Below are positions 50,342 through 61,772 of a DNA stretch of 64,000 nucleotides, piece after piece (within the stretch, counting starts at the first letter, position 1; each line of letters begins with the position of its first letter). The notes under the pieces were generated by a model that saw only the letters and a list, made by a program, of their open reading frames with translations, searched no databases and was not told where the DNA came from. The position numbers and the translations under genes were made by a program. This stretch comes from Octopus vulgaris (lineage: Eukaryota), in NCBI GenBank assembly GCA_951406725.2, contig OX597817.1:93496001-93560000 (forward strand), read 5' to 3'.

Positions 50342-52047
50342 CTTTAATCAATGAGTTGAATATTTCACTATGGTCAACCGCATCACTTATGCCTTCCCTT
50401 TATACTTTTTTCAGTTGTACATATATTGTTTAAGTTTTTTTTATAATTGAAGCTGTTTGTAATAAATCTATTGAATAGGATCTTTCAAACCTAACAATCA
50501 TGTTAACATCCTATAATGAAACTATCTTGTCTTAAATGAGCATATCTTTATTACTACATTTGCTACCAGGACTGCAAGAATAATAAAAGATTGTATCCTA
50601 TGTACTGGAACTTGGGTAAATCACAAAGATTAATTTCTTTCCATTTATCTCTTGTATCTTATTCCATTGATCTCATATGTCTTATTCAATTATCTCTCAT
50701 CCCACCCTCAGTTTCCTTCCTACCACCAACTTCCCATCCTCAATTTTCCTCCTACTACCAACCTTCGACCCTCAACTTCTCTCCTATCACCAACCTCCTC
50801 TTCCCAATTTCTTTCCTGCCGCCAATCTCCTCTCAGCTTATCTCACACTGCCAATCTCCTACCATCAGTTCGCTCCCGCCAGCTTACTCTTATTTACTAC
50901 ATCAGTATTGTAGTAATTTCGTATGAGATTACATTATTAAAATTGATTTAAGGACTCAGATGAACTAATGGCATGAATTAGATGATGATAAAGATCGATG
51001 TATCTACACTTTTTCCGTTATACCACAGTATGTAAAAAAAAATTTCACTCAAATTTCACATTTTCAGGAAGAAGAAGACCGAATAAAAACTAACTCAAAA
51101 TGAAGGAGAGATAATTTAAGAATTTCTTAAGTTATCTGCCCTTCTCTTTGTGTTACTAACAATTATCAAGTTTTTGACTTCTCCAACTAAATATGAAATT
51201 TCAATGAATTGTGTATGCAACATGCAGTATGTCACCTTTTGTTTTAAATGATATTGTGAGATGTTCTTGCCAAAGGAACAAGGGATTTAAATCAATTATG
51301 ATTTATCTGGAAATTGAAACTGAATTACTACATTACCACATTTGTTGCTTACTTACCTCTACTTATAACTGCTACTCTTCTAAATACTACTATTGTGTCT
51401 TTCACAGGTACTTTCCTGTACTTCACAACACACTCACTGTTCTGAGCACCCTTATTTTTTTTTCTTATCTATGACAAGTTCTTCCCTCTATTTCACAACA
51501 CTCCCCCTTTAACACCTCAATGATGGTGAAACCCATAACCTATAGGGTTGTAGGAGCTCCACTGTAGTGTGTATCTTGGGCTGGTCACTGTAGTGTATCT
51601 AAAACAGATCAGTGTAGTGTAACTGTGTGTGAAGAAATACAAACTACAGACCTATCAGCTGGTATTCTGCCATCTATCAATTTAAACAGCTGACAATCTC
51701 ATAATCATTATTATAGCATTTTTTATGTCCACTACTTCTCATGTGCATTGATTAGACAAATCTGTTTCAATGTGGTATTTCTCCAGATGTTTGGTTCTTC
51801 ATTATTTTTTGTGAGGTCTCAACATTCTGAGATCAGACATCTCCCTTCACTCTTCATTTGTTTTCCTCTTCCATATCCATTAATACTCACTTCAGCCATC
51901 TGGATGAAATTTAGGCTCACTCTAAGACCTAATTAAATATTTTGTAATTATTCAGCTTTGTACGTTTTTATCCCTGCCAGACAGGATTACAGATTTGTTT
52001 TTTAACATTAAAAAAAAATTTCTGTTATTTTCTTTTTGCACTTAAAG

Positions 52048-52221
52048 CCTCTGGTGAAGTTTTTACATGGGGTTTTGGTATATTAGGGCGAGGTCCTAAA
52101 GTCCAGTCTTCTACAGTACCTACCAAACTTCCTACTCCACTGTTTGGTGCTAATGAACTTGATCCTGCTAAGACTGTTGTTTCCCTCAAATGTGGAATTT
52201 ACCACTTTGCTGCTCTTACCA
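52048..52221 (+). CDS. RCC1L: RCC1L coding exon 10 (ASGEVFTWGFGILGRGP...LFG.NE...CGIYHFAALT)
   Basis: cttaaag acceptor and gtaagt donor; WG.GILG.GP motif. Confidence 0.93.
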
Positions 52222-52539
52222 GTAAGTACAATGTTTTTCTCTGCCTCGTTTTCAAGACAACATTAACCATGTCCATCTCAGAAGTATCACAATGTCAGTG
52301 AAGGTTAAGAGTTGAACCCTTTCATCTGGACCAAACTAATAACAAAAATGTCTTTAGTGATGTCTACAGCACACATATAGTAAATAATTATAGTACTGTA
52401 GATATTGTCTATATATTAAGAAAAAAAATTTTCTCTGAGAGTTTATAAAAATATTTTTTCTGTTTTTACTTATTTTTTTCTTTATGACTAAATGACTGTA
52501 GTAGTGGCACTAAATGTCTATGGTACAAATATATTATTC

Positions 52540-52635
52540 CTGTAGTATTGATGTACTGTATATCTGTAGTACTAACATACTATGTGTCTGTAGTACAGAC
52601 ATATTAGATATCTATAGTACTGGTATTCTATTTGT
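52540..52635 (+). repeat. Degenerate 24-bp minisatellite (about 4 copies)
   Basis: ctgtagta recurs every 24 bp. Confidence 0.7.
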
Positions 52636-54149
52636 CTATAATAGATTCTCATTATTTAACATTACCTTTATTGACAGATGTATTGAAGAAGTTAGCTGTC
52701 TGTCTGTTTGTTAGTTGTACTGGTGTCTTTACATTGGGAGTTTAGTCTGTTTGGGCAAATTCTGTGAACTTCTATAAACCCTAACCAATTCTGCTGTTCA
52801 TAGAGTAGCAACTTGACTATAGTCAACTTGCTATTGAAGCATCAAGTTTTAAGTGAGGTTTGGTAGATGGAAACTTGTGTGGAAGCCTATAAGAGGAACC
52901 ATTTTTTTTGAAGGGTGGTAGACTTTACCTGTCACCTGTTTATCATGAGCCTTGGCCCTTGGGTGGAACCCACTATGTTACACAAGTATTCAGGTCAGAT
53001 CTCTTGTGTGATGTAACTTCATTCTTTCTCTGACCACTCCTGAAGGTCCCAAGGAAGGTAATGGGTGCTGCTGCCTTTCATCCTTTGACTAAATCATAAA
53101 AAGAAAAAGAATACATATCTGCAAGGATATATAGACTTATGAGAATGTACTTGCAGGACTGTGCCCCACCTCCACACTGTCTGCCCCATGAAGCATATCC
53201 CCCACATTCCATCCTTTAATACTCACCACTTCTCTTTCTATGATACTACTCAGCGACTGTAATCACCTGAGAACAGAATAGAGCCATGCTACATACCTCC
53301 CCCCAACCATCAAACCACTTCCATTTCATATTATTTTCCCTGGCCACTGTTTCCACCAGTCCCCTCCTTTCTGTGTCTCCAGCCATTGTTCTCTTTCCTC
53401 TACAAAACTCCATCCTTAACATCTCTCTTATCTGCTATCACTTTCAATACCCTCACATATCTATCATATCTCTACTGAGCTGCTCCTTTATCTCTCACTC
53501 TCACCATCACTTGCTACAGTCATCTCTCCACACACTCCTCTATCACCCCTTGCTCACTCACTCTGTCTAATCCTCTGAATCACTTCACTTATATTCACCT
53601 CAATGCTGTACCTTGAGGGTGTGTCCCGGTACATCACCACCACCAACTCTCTCTCTCTGTCCCTATCTTTCTCTCTAACTCTCTTTTTCCCTTTTTTCCC
53701 AACTGGAGTTGCCCTGTGTCTCCTCAACAGCAAAACACCTATCTCTATCCCTCTATAATATTCAACCTCTCATCAACTGGCACAAAGTCACCTTCCTTAC
53801 TACTCCCTTTCCCACTTGAGAGGTCTTTGTCTTGTAAGTTACTCAGTGACCCCACTGGTGTGCATTCCATATGAAAAGTACCCAGTTCTGTCTGTAAAGT
53901 GATTGGTGTTTAGAAGGGCATCCAACCATAGAGACCATGCTAAAGCAGATAATAGATCTTGGTGCAGTTGTCTGGATTGCTAGCTCCCATCAAACTGCCC
54001 AGTGTGAACTTTACATGGTTTTACAGGTGCTTTTTTTGTGACCCTGAATGTGTGCTTTTCTACATGGTACTGGAATGGGTGCTTTTACAGGGCTGCAGCA
54101 TCTGCAACTTCACAGGACAAAGACTCTCGGCTGACAGAGAATGTATAGA

Positions 54150-54865
54150 TGGCCACGATTTTACTTAGCTTAATGTGTCTTCTGAAGCGTAGCAAATTGC
54201 CAGAAGTATTGGTCGTTTGTAATCTCATTGAGGCCTAGCATCTGAAGATCCTTTCTCAGCACTTTGTCCCATGTCTTCCTGAATCTACCCCTTCCACATA
54301 TTCTCTCCACAGTTAGAGATCAGCACTTCTTGATGCAGCTGTCCTCATCCATATGCACCACATGACCTTACCAGTGCTGTCTTTTCTCTTGCACACTACA
54401 TCTGATGCCTCATACCCAATTTTTCCTTTACACTCTGTCATACATGCATACTAACATTACCTATCCAGCAGAGCATGCTGGTTTCATTTCTTTGAAGTCT
54501 TTGCATGACCTCAGTAGTCACAGCCCATGTTTCACTACCGTATAGCATAGCTGTTTGTACACTGGCACCATACAATCTGCCTTTCACTCTGAGAAAGAGG
54601 CCCATTGTTACCAACAAAGATAGCAGCTCTCTGTACTTTGTCCAGCCTGTTCTTATTCTAGCAACTATGCTTTTAGAGCTTCCTCCTCCATTGCTAACTT
54701 GGTCACCTTGGTAACACAAACTACTACTTCTAAGGATCCCCTGGATATTGGAGAGATTCTATTTTCTGCACATTTCTAGTATTTATTGTACCTGCACATC
54801 TTCCACGCACAAAGACTACTTTCTCTGTTAACCTCCTGTAATACCACTGCATCTCTTATGTATGC
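54150..54865 (-). mobile_element. Older RTE LINE fragment
   Basis: ORF 54438-54719 has ARIRTGW.KYRELL...LYGSETW. Confidence 0.85.
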
Positions 54866-55780
54866 CATGTTTATGATTAGAAATGTACTGCTGTGTATTA
54901 GTGAAATTTATCCTTGAAATGAGGGTGTTGGAGCTTGAAGAATCTACAGTTCAAAACTCAACCAAAAGTGCTTTATTTGAATAAAGAAGCTGCTTTGCTT
55001 ACTGCAATATTAAAGAGATTGTCATATGGAAAACACTTTACTGACAACATGATTGTAAAATCTGTTTGGTTTCTTGATCAATGTCACTTCAAAAGAGTCA
55101 CTGTATAGACATCATGTAATGACTAAATCATCTCAACATAATGTTGGACTATCACAATACTGAATGAGAATGAAAATAAAGCCAGAAGGATTTGATTCAG
55201 AATTTCTTGTTGGTAATGAATATCCTTCCTGACACCAACCCTTTGAGAAGACTGGCTTAATTTTAAAGTATCTCACTTCTCAACCCTTTACAACTCAAAC
55301 TGAGACAGTAAGCTGCTATTTTGCACCTACTTCCTTGATTCGATTGTAGTACCTTTTTGGTATATAGGAGCTGACCATTGCACATATGACCTATGTATGA
55401 GTCATTACACTGACACAGTATTGTGTCTTATTTAAAGCTTTATTGCAGTGTTTATGTTTAGATTTGAAACTGCTATACAACAGAAAGGGTAAAGAGTAAA
55501 GACCCCCTTTGGTCATGAATGACCATGGGATTGCATCTGGAAAGTTCCTGGAAGACCAGCAGTTGTCTAAGGGGAAAAACAAGGGCTGATAGAGCTTGGC
55601 ACCAGTTATGTGACAACACATTTCTACAGCTGAGTGAACTGGAGCAATGTGAAATAAAGTGTCTTTATTCCCAGTTTGACCTGGGAATCAGACTCACTAC
55701 CTCATGATTGTGAGACCGATGCTCTAACCACTGAGCCATGCACCTTCATCTGAAAATGTTTTTTACTTTGTACTTTTCAG

Positions 55781-55866
55781 ACCGTGGTGACCTCTATACC
55801 TGGGGAAAAAACAAGCAAGGATACCTTGGACTTGGAGACAGAAATGATCAATTCTTTCCACTGAGG
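55781..55866 (+). CDS. RCC1L: RCC1L coding exon 11 (NRGDLYTWGKNKQGYLGLGDRNDQFFPLR)
   Basis: cttttcag acceptor and gtaaat donor; WG.N..G.LG.G...DQ.FP motif. Confidence 0.93.
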
Positions 55867-56471
55867 GTAAATTTTATTTTTGTTTATTATTTCCACAAGA
55901 AAATTTGTGCTTATTGCAAAATTTTCTTCTTTTTTCTTATTTGGATGTGACGTTGTATGGTAAGTTAGCTGTCATTCTGATTTCATTGCTGTTGATCAGT
56001 TTCCAGTATTTCTCAAGTCTGTATGTACATACTAAGAATGGTTTGACTGAGGACTAAATTTCAGGGGTGTATAGTTGTAAATGTATTTCAGTTGTAGTTC
56101 TGATGAATAATTTCTTTATTTTGGACAGTGTTCCTTCTAATCTTTGTTGTAGGTGTGCACAGAAATGTGCTTGTATGCTAATTTTGTCTTTCTTTGGAAA
56201 GTATGTACTCTTCCAATTAAGTAATCATTGTTCAAATGCCATATTGACTACCTCAGCAAAAGCACATCTTTTTAAAGTGTGTTTTAGATACATTATAATG
56301 TAATTAATTTCTTTGATTAAAAAAAATTGATCTCATCTTAAACACATTGTAGGTTAGACATGGCCTGGGCCTATACTGGCTGAAACCTATCAAAGTTGTC
56401 AAAGTTATGCATATTTTTTCCATTATGTGTTAGTTGTAAGATGTGTGTGCATGCACATGTACACAGCTTAG

Positions 56472-58450
56472 AGCCTTGGTTCACAAACTTTTTCAAAATT
56501 TTCATCCTACGGACCCCTGCCTATTATTTTGAGGCTTTACAGACCCCCAACCCTGCCCCAAACCGAAAAAATTAGAGAAGACAAACAAAGCAAAATGACC
56601 TTGTGTAAAATAATTTTTCATGAGATAAAATTTTACTGATAAAATAAAAAAAATTCAGTGAGAGGGGTGAACTTGTTTGGTCTGTAATATGTCCTCAATA
56701 TTAGGCTGCGTTTTTTGATAATGTGACCCTCATGTCATGCGCAACATCCATTTTATTGCAAGACATTGTTTTAATTGCGAGTAAAGTTGCAAAAGCCGTC
56801 TCACATTCACACGTTATTGGAAATGGAACGATGAATTTGAAGGCCAATTTGGCAACATCTGGATAGGACTGTGCCATTTCAATCCAGAACTAACTGCAGC
56901 ACATGTTATGGAAGGTGTCTTTTGCACCTCCATCATTCAGCAAGTTGATGAACTGTTTTTGAATGATGTAATCTTCTGACAGAAGGTCAACAACAGAGAT
57001 TGCAAAGGGATTGGTGATGAAATGATGAACTTCTTTGAAGTTTTGTGGGTCGGGAAGGTATCTTTGAATTTCAGTGTGAAGAATTAAGACATGCTGTTTC
57101 ATTATGTTGAGGATGTCAGCATCAACTTGAAGGCCATCTTCATCAAGGAAAGTATTGAAGTTTGGAAATGGTGCAAAATTCTCACATTCCAATTTAGAAT
57201 GCCACAAATGGAGCTTTATTTTAAATGCAATCATTTTTTCATGACAGTTGACAATTGTGATATCCTTTTCTTGTAATGCTAAGTGAACAGAATTAACTGA
57301 TTCAAAAATGTCGACCAAAAAGGAGAGACATATAAGGAACCGAATATTGGAGAATTGTCTGTGCAGTTCTTTTTTAGCACCACCAAGAAATTCGTGTGTG
57401 TCATTTCATAGAATGACGACTCTTTTCAGTACTCTCCCTTCAGATAACCACCTCAGTAAAAGCGTTTCAAAGAGTACAATAAAAGCATTTCAAAATTTGA
57501 GCCATTCTCCTTGCACAAGTCAGCAAAATGATGCAAGTTTAGAAAATTAGCTTTGATAAAATTTACCTCTTTGATCACATCATTCAAAACATTCTTCAAA
57601 TAGTCAGGCATTATTTTAACCATTAATGCTTGGCAATGAAGTGTACAATGCATACCAATTGCATTAGGAGACTTCTCCATCACTATTGCCTGAAAGCCAG
57701 AGTGGCAACCAAGCATTGCTGGAGTACTGTCGGTGCACATGCCAACATGCTCCCAGTTTATGCCATGCATGTTAAAGAATTGATCCACTTTCTGGAATAT
57801 ATTGTTTGCAGTGGTTCGGGTGTTGAGGGGTTTTGCAAAAAAGGAATTCATCTTCCAGGCGTTTGTTATGCATGTAATGTACATAAACATAAATCTGCTA
57901 CATCAGTGGTTTCATCAACTTGGAAGGTGACATAGTTAAACATTGATGTTTTTATATTTGAGATGGCCTGAGACAAAATATTATCTGACATCTCAGCGAT
58001 TTGTTGACTGACTGTGTTGTTGGAAAGTGAAACATGTTTAAGCTTCTGTAGTTTGGATGTTCTGAGCACGAGTGAGATTATATCTTTGCAGCAAGGAAGA
58101 ATTAACAGCTCTACAATCTTATGAGGGTTTTTTGCAGCAGCAATTTTCTTTAAAACCTCATAGGAGGCTATCAGACAAGGTGCAATGTCCTGCATACACA
58201 TTCCTGTGTCATCAAGCCTGGATTTGACCAAACTGTCAGTTTGATGTCTGAAAAATTCCTCATCTTTGTTGACTGCATTGGGATGTTTCATTTCCGAATG
58301 CCTCTTTAGCCTACTGGGCTTCAGCAAAGAAGCTGCCAATACCTCAGCACAGCACAGAACACACTGTAGTTTTTCTACTCCACCAGCAGTAAGGACAGTG
58401 ATGATTCGTCGTATCTCCTTTTCTTTGTAAAAGACATTTTACAAATAAAT
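56472..58450 (-). mobile_element. Decayed hAT Buster/Charlie (ZBED5/ZBED8-like) transposase element
   Basis: LKPSRLKRH, SLSNNTV, QVDETTD, CTDSTPAM, HCTLHCQAL and TCECETAFATL (dimerisation region) across frameshifted ORFs; Charlie-like end ttggttcacaaac; 5' boundary unclear. Confidence 0.9.
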
Positions 58451-59900
58451 ATAATAACTATGTAAATGTTGCGCATAAATGCACAGAATTTTGTACTATT
58501 TCACTCTGTTACTTTTATCAGTATAAATAAAATATATATACATATATATATAAATAAGATATGTTTCAAAGCATGGTAAGTCCTTATTCATGCAGAAGTT
58601 ACTTCGAAACTGGTTAATTGTGTTTTACTTCAATATCCTCATTTTAGTTATTAAGTTGGACTTAGGTCAAATTTTTTACCATTGTACCTACTTAAAAAAA
58701 GTTCAACTAAAAGTCACTAGGTACTAAAGAACCTAGTGACTTTTAGTTGTAGAATGAACGTCTTAATTCTGACAGTGCTACTATTGGCTTATTAGGTCCC
58801 TACTTTGCTTAATACAAACATAAAAAGTAAAATTAATAATGAACTTACGATGATAAATTTGTTAAAAATATAGGCATTCGTTAATAATGGTGGAAACAAA
58901 TCGCGACCTCTCCATAAACCACTCTTGCGTACTATGTCATCAATGAGCCGGTGTTACGGCTGATGTAACAGCCCAGAATATACCCCTGTCCAGGTCTCCC
59001 CCACTATCGCTTGTCAACCGATGTTGGTGTGTTTATGTCCCCGAAACCTAGCGGTTCGGCAAAAGAGATCGATAGAATAAGTACTAGGCTTACAAAGAAT
59101 AAGTCCTTGGGTCGATTTCTTCGACTAAAGGCGATGCTCCAGCATTGCCACAGTCAAATGTTTGAAACGTGTGAAAGAGTAAATCAAAAATACATTGTTT
59201 TTCATGTCTTCTACAACTTAACTAAGTTATTTCCCCTAGTTCCCTTCTAAAAGATTTTAGTCAGTATGCATTACTTGACCTGGTATACGTTCAAACTACA
59301 TCCCATCATCTTATAAAAATGTATAGATAAAGAATACATCGTTTCATGGAGTCTTCTATACACCATATCTAAACCCAAGATGAGGTGGTACCAGCTGGAA
59401 TACTTTGGATAATAGGTCTGCTCAATATATGCTGATCTCCACCTTTTTGTCATAGTAACTATGCACTTGTTGTAAAGGGGCAGAATTAGTATATTTTCTT
59501 AGTCGTTGAAGGAGATTTGAGCTTTTGTCAAGTACCAATATCCACACGATTCTACAATACTATCACTCCTCTTTTCAATACCATCACACATTATTGTATC
59601 ATCACCTGACACTCCAATACCATCATTCCACTCCTGTGTTATCACTCCACTCTCCAGCACTGTCACTCCATTCTCCACTGGTACCACTTTTCATACAGCT
59701 GTAATTGGGAATATAGTATAATCTATATGTAAGTTAAACTGAAACATTCAGGGTGCAATGTAGGCTATTTTCCTAACAAGTGCAGTATAATAATATTTTA
59801 GAGAGAGTATTTGAAAAGAATGACCTTCATTTCATTGGGCTGTTGTTATTTTACACTCTACTCTGGTACGTTACATTGTTTTAGAGGCAGTATTAAAATG

Positions 59901-60116
59901 TGAGGGGTGTTGAAAAGTTCCTGGCTTTGAGCAAAAGAAAATACAGGCGGATCAGTTATTTATGATTTTATTGAACATATTCTCCCCTCAGATTTATTCA
60001 CTTATTGCAGTGGTCCTTCAGTTTTGCTAAGCTCTGTAAAAGAACTTAGAAGATTGGGCTTCCAACCAGGCCTTTTGCAACACTCTTAAAGCCTGGAACT
60101 TTTTAGCACCCCTTTG
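59901..60116. mobile_element. Mariner-derived MITE
   Basis: aggggtgttgaaaagttcctggcttt / aaagcctggaactttttagcacccct inverted ends. Confidence 0.75.
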
Positions 60117-60319
60117 TACATAATCATGTCGGTTATCTGGTACTTTATTCTCTTGCAAAAATATACACCTGTTTTTTGTTTAAGAACAGTGACTGAATAG
60201 TAGGCTTCATGGTTCACTGATTTTACATAAATATTAAAAATAATAAATACTCTAACAAATGGAAAAATTGCCAGTTATGCAAGTAAAGAAATTTGAATGT
60301 AAAACAACAAAGAGGCCTT

Positions 60320-60510
60320 TACATGTTTACTTGGTTTGTTAGAAATAGTACCTAAATCTCCCTGAAACCATTCTTTCCTGTCTTAAAGAAAAAAGGACAT
60401 GTTAGATAATGTAATCTGAATAACAGTGAAAATAGTTATGACTGGAACACCTTGAATCATAGATTCAACTTAATTACAGTTGACTTATGGCTAAAGAACA
60501 GTAACAACAA
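60320..60510 (+). repeat. Old interspersed repeat family C (also about 6300-6470, 24940-25080, 30930-31060)
   Basis: Shared ctagaaa..gc.aaatctccctc...gtcttaaa...ataatg...ctaaacaaca pattern. Confidence 0.55.
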
Positions 60511-60598
60511 CTATTACAGTAATGTCAGATTTAAAATGTGAAAAATAGAAACTGCATATTTTATGATTGAAGTAAAACCTTTTCTGTTTCCATTGCAG

Positions 60599-60676
60599 GT
60601 GTCGATGCCAGTGGAGGTGATTAATGTATGGTGTGGTGTTGATCACATGGTTGCTCACTGTCGAGCATTCTCATGA
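60599..60676 (+). CDS. RCC1L: RCC1L terminal coding exon 12 (VSMPVEVINVWCGVDHMVAHCRAFS*)
   Basis: cattgcag acceptor; CGVDHMV terminal motif; TGA at 60674-60676; total CDS 1392 nt. Confidence 0.92.
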   Translation: MSMPVEVINVWCGVDHMVAHCRAFS

Positions 60677-61749
60677 CCTGTCCCATGAATCTGGTTAATT
60701 ACTGTATTAATGTTTATACTCTGCATATTGTAGCTGTTATTTGTTCATTACTTTTCCCCATTTTGGTTGTCACTGATGCAATTTTGGCTCTTGATATTTG
60801 TGATCTGTAGCAGTATCCATTTAGTGTAATTCTGTCCCTTAATGTCTATGATGTCTAGCAGTGTAGTTCTGTCTACTTCTGACTAAGCTCAGTATGGAGC
60901 TAATTACTGCAAGAATATTTTAAGTTTTCATTCAATTCACTTCACATTTTCTTTATAAATAGTTTATTTGCCATGACTGGGTTGAATAGGTTGTGGTGTG
61001 TTCAGCTTGTGACATTGTGTTAGTTAGCCATGTTGACTTTGTGTCTATTGCATTTATGATATAACACTACTATGTGACATCCAGTAGGTTATGTAATAAC
61101 TATATAACATTGTGTTACATTGATGGCCATGTAACATTGTAAACATTGTCTTAAGGTATATTACACTGTCACACATTTTCATATATAACTGTTAAAATGT
61201 TCAAAGCTAAGTCTTTTCAGATGAACATCAGCTACATCAAAACAGCTCCTTGTTGTGATGGTAGAACAATGTTGTACATTGATGTATTTTGTTGAAGAAC
61301 AAACACTACAAGATGGTGCTAACAAAACTTAAACTCATAACCTCAGGTTCCTAATGTTGCTCTTTAATCAATTATTTGTATTAATCCTGTTGTTGTATAA
61401 CTACTTGTTATTTTGTCTATATTTTAGTCTGTGTACACTGCAGTGTAGTGGTATACTCTCAGTGAATAGAGTTTAGGGCCATGTTCAGTTTCTAATTGTA
61501 GCTATTTCTCTTAACGTCTTACTTTGTTTAAAACATATCACACATCTTCCCCTCCACAGCCAAGGACCTATAATGTGGATTGATAGTGAGATCGAATTTG
61601 ACAAAGATCTTAATTACTATTCTGAGAAAGAATGAGATGAATTCTAGCCTGTCATAGATTCAGTCCCAAATATTCTGTTTGACCTATTATCTACTCCAGG
61701 CATTCTTTATTTGTAATTGAAATTTACCACATTAAATCAAGTGTACTCT

Positions 61750-61772
61750 AATAAAACTTCATGGAAAATAAA
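61750..61772 (+). terminator. Candidate polyadenylation signals (AATAAA x2) for RCC1L, about 1.1 kb 3'UTR
   Basis: AATAAA at 61750 and about 61767, at the end of a T-rich stretch without recognisable TEs after the stop codon. Confidence 0.4.

Noticed and set aside
56890-58339. Domesticated ZBED/SCAND3-like gene nested in intron 11
   Set aside because: Multiple frameshifts and stops indicate a decayed transposon.
59271-59687. Two short minus-strand ORFs in intron 11
   Set aside because: No recognisable motifs; the second arises from a degenerate ccactc/atcact repeat.
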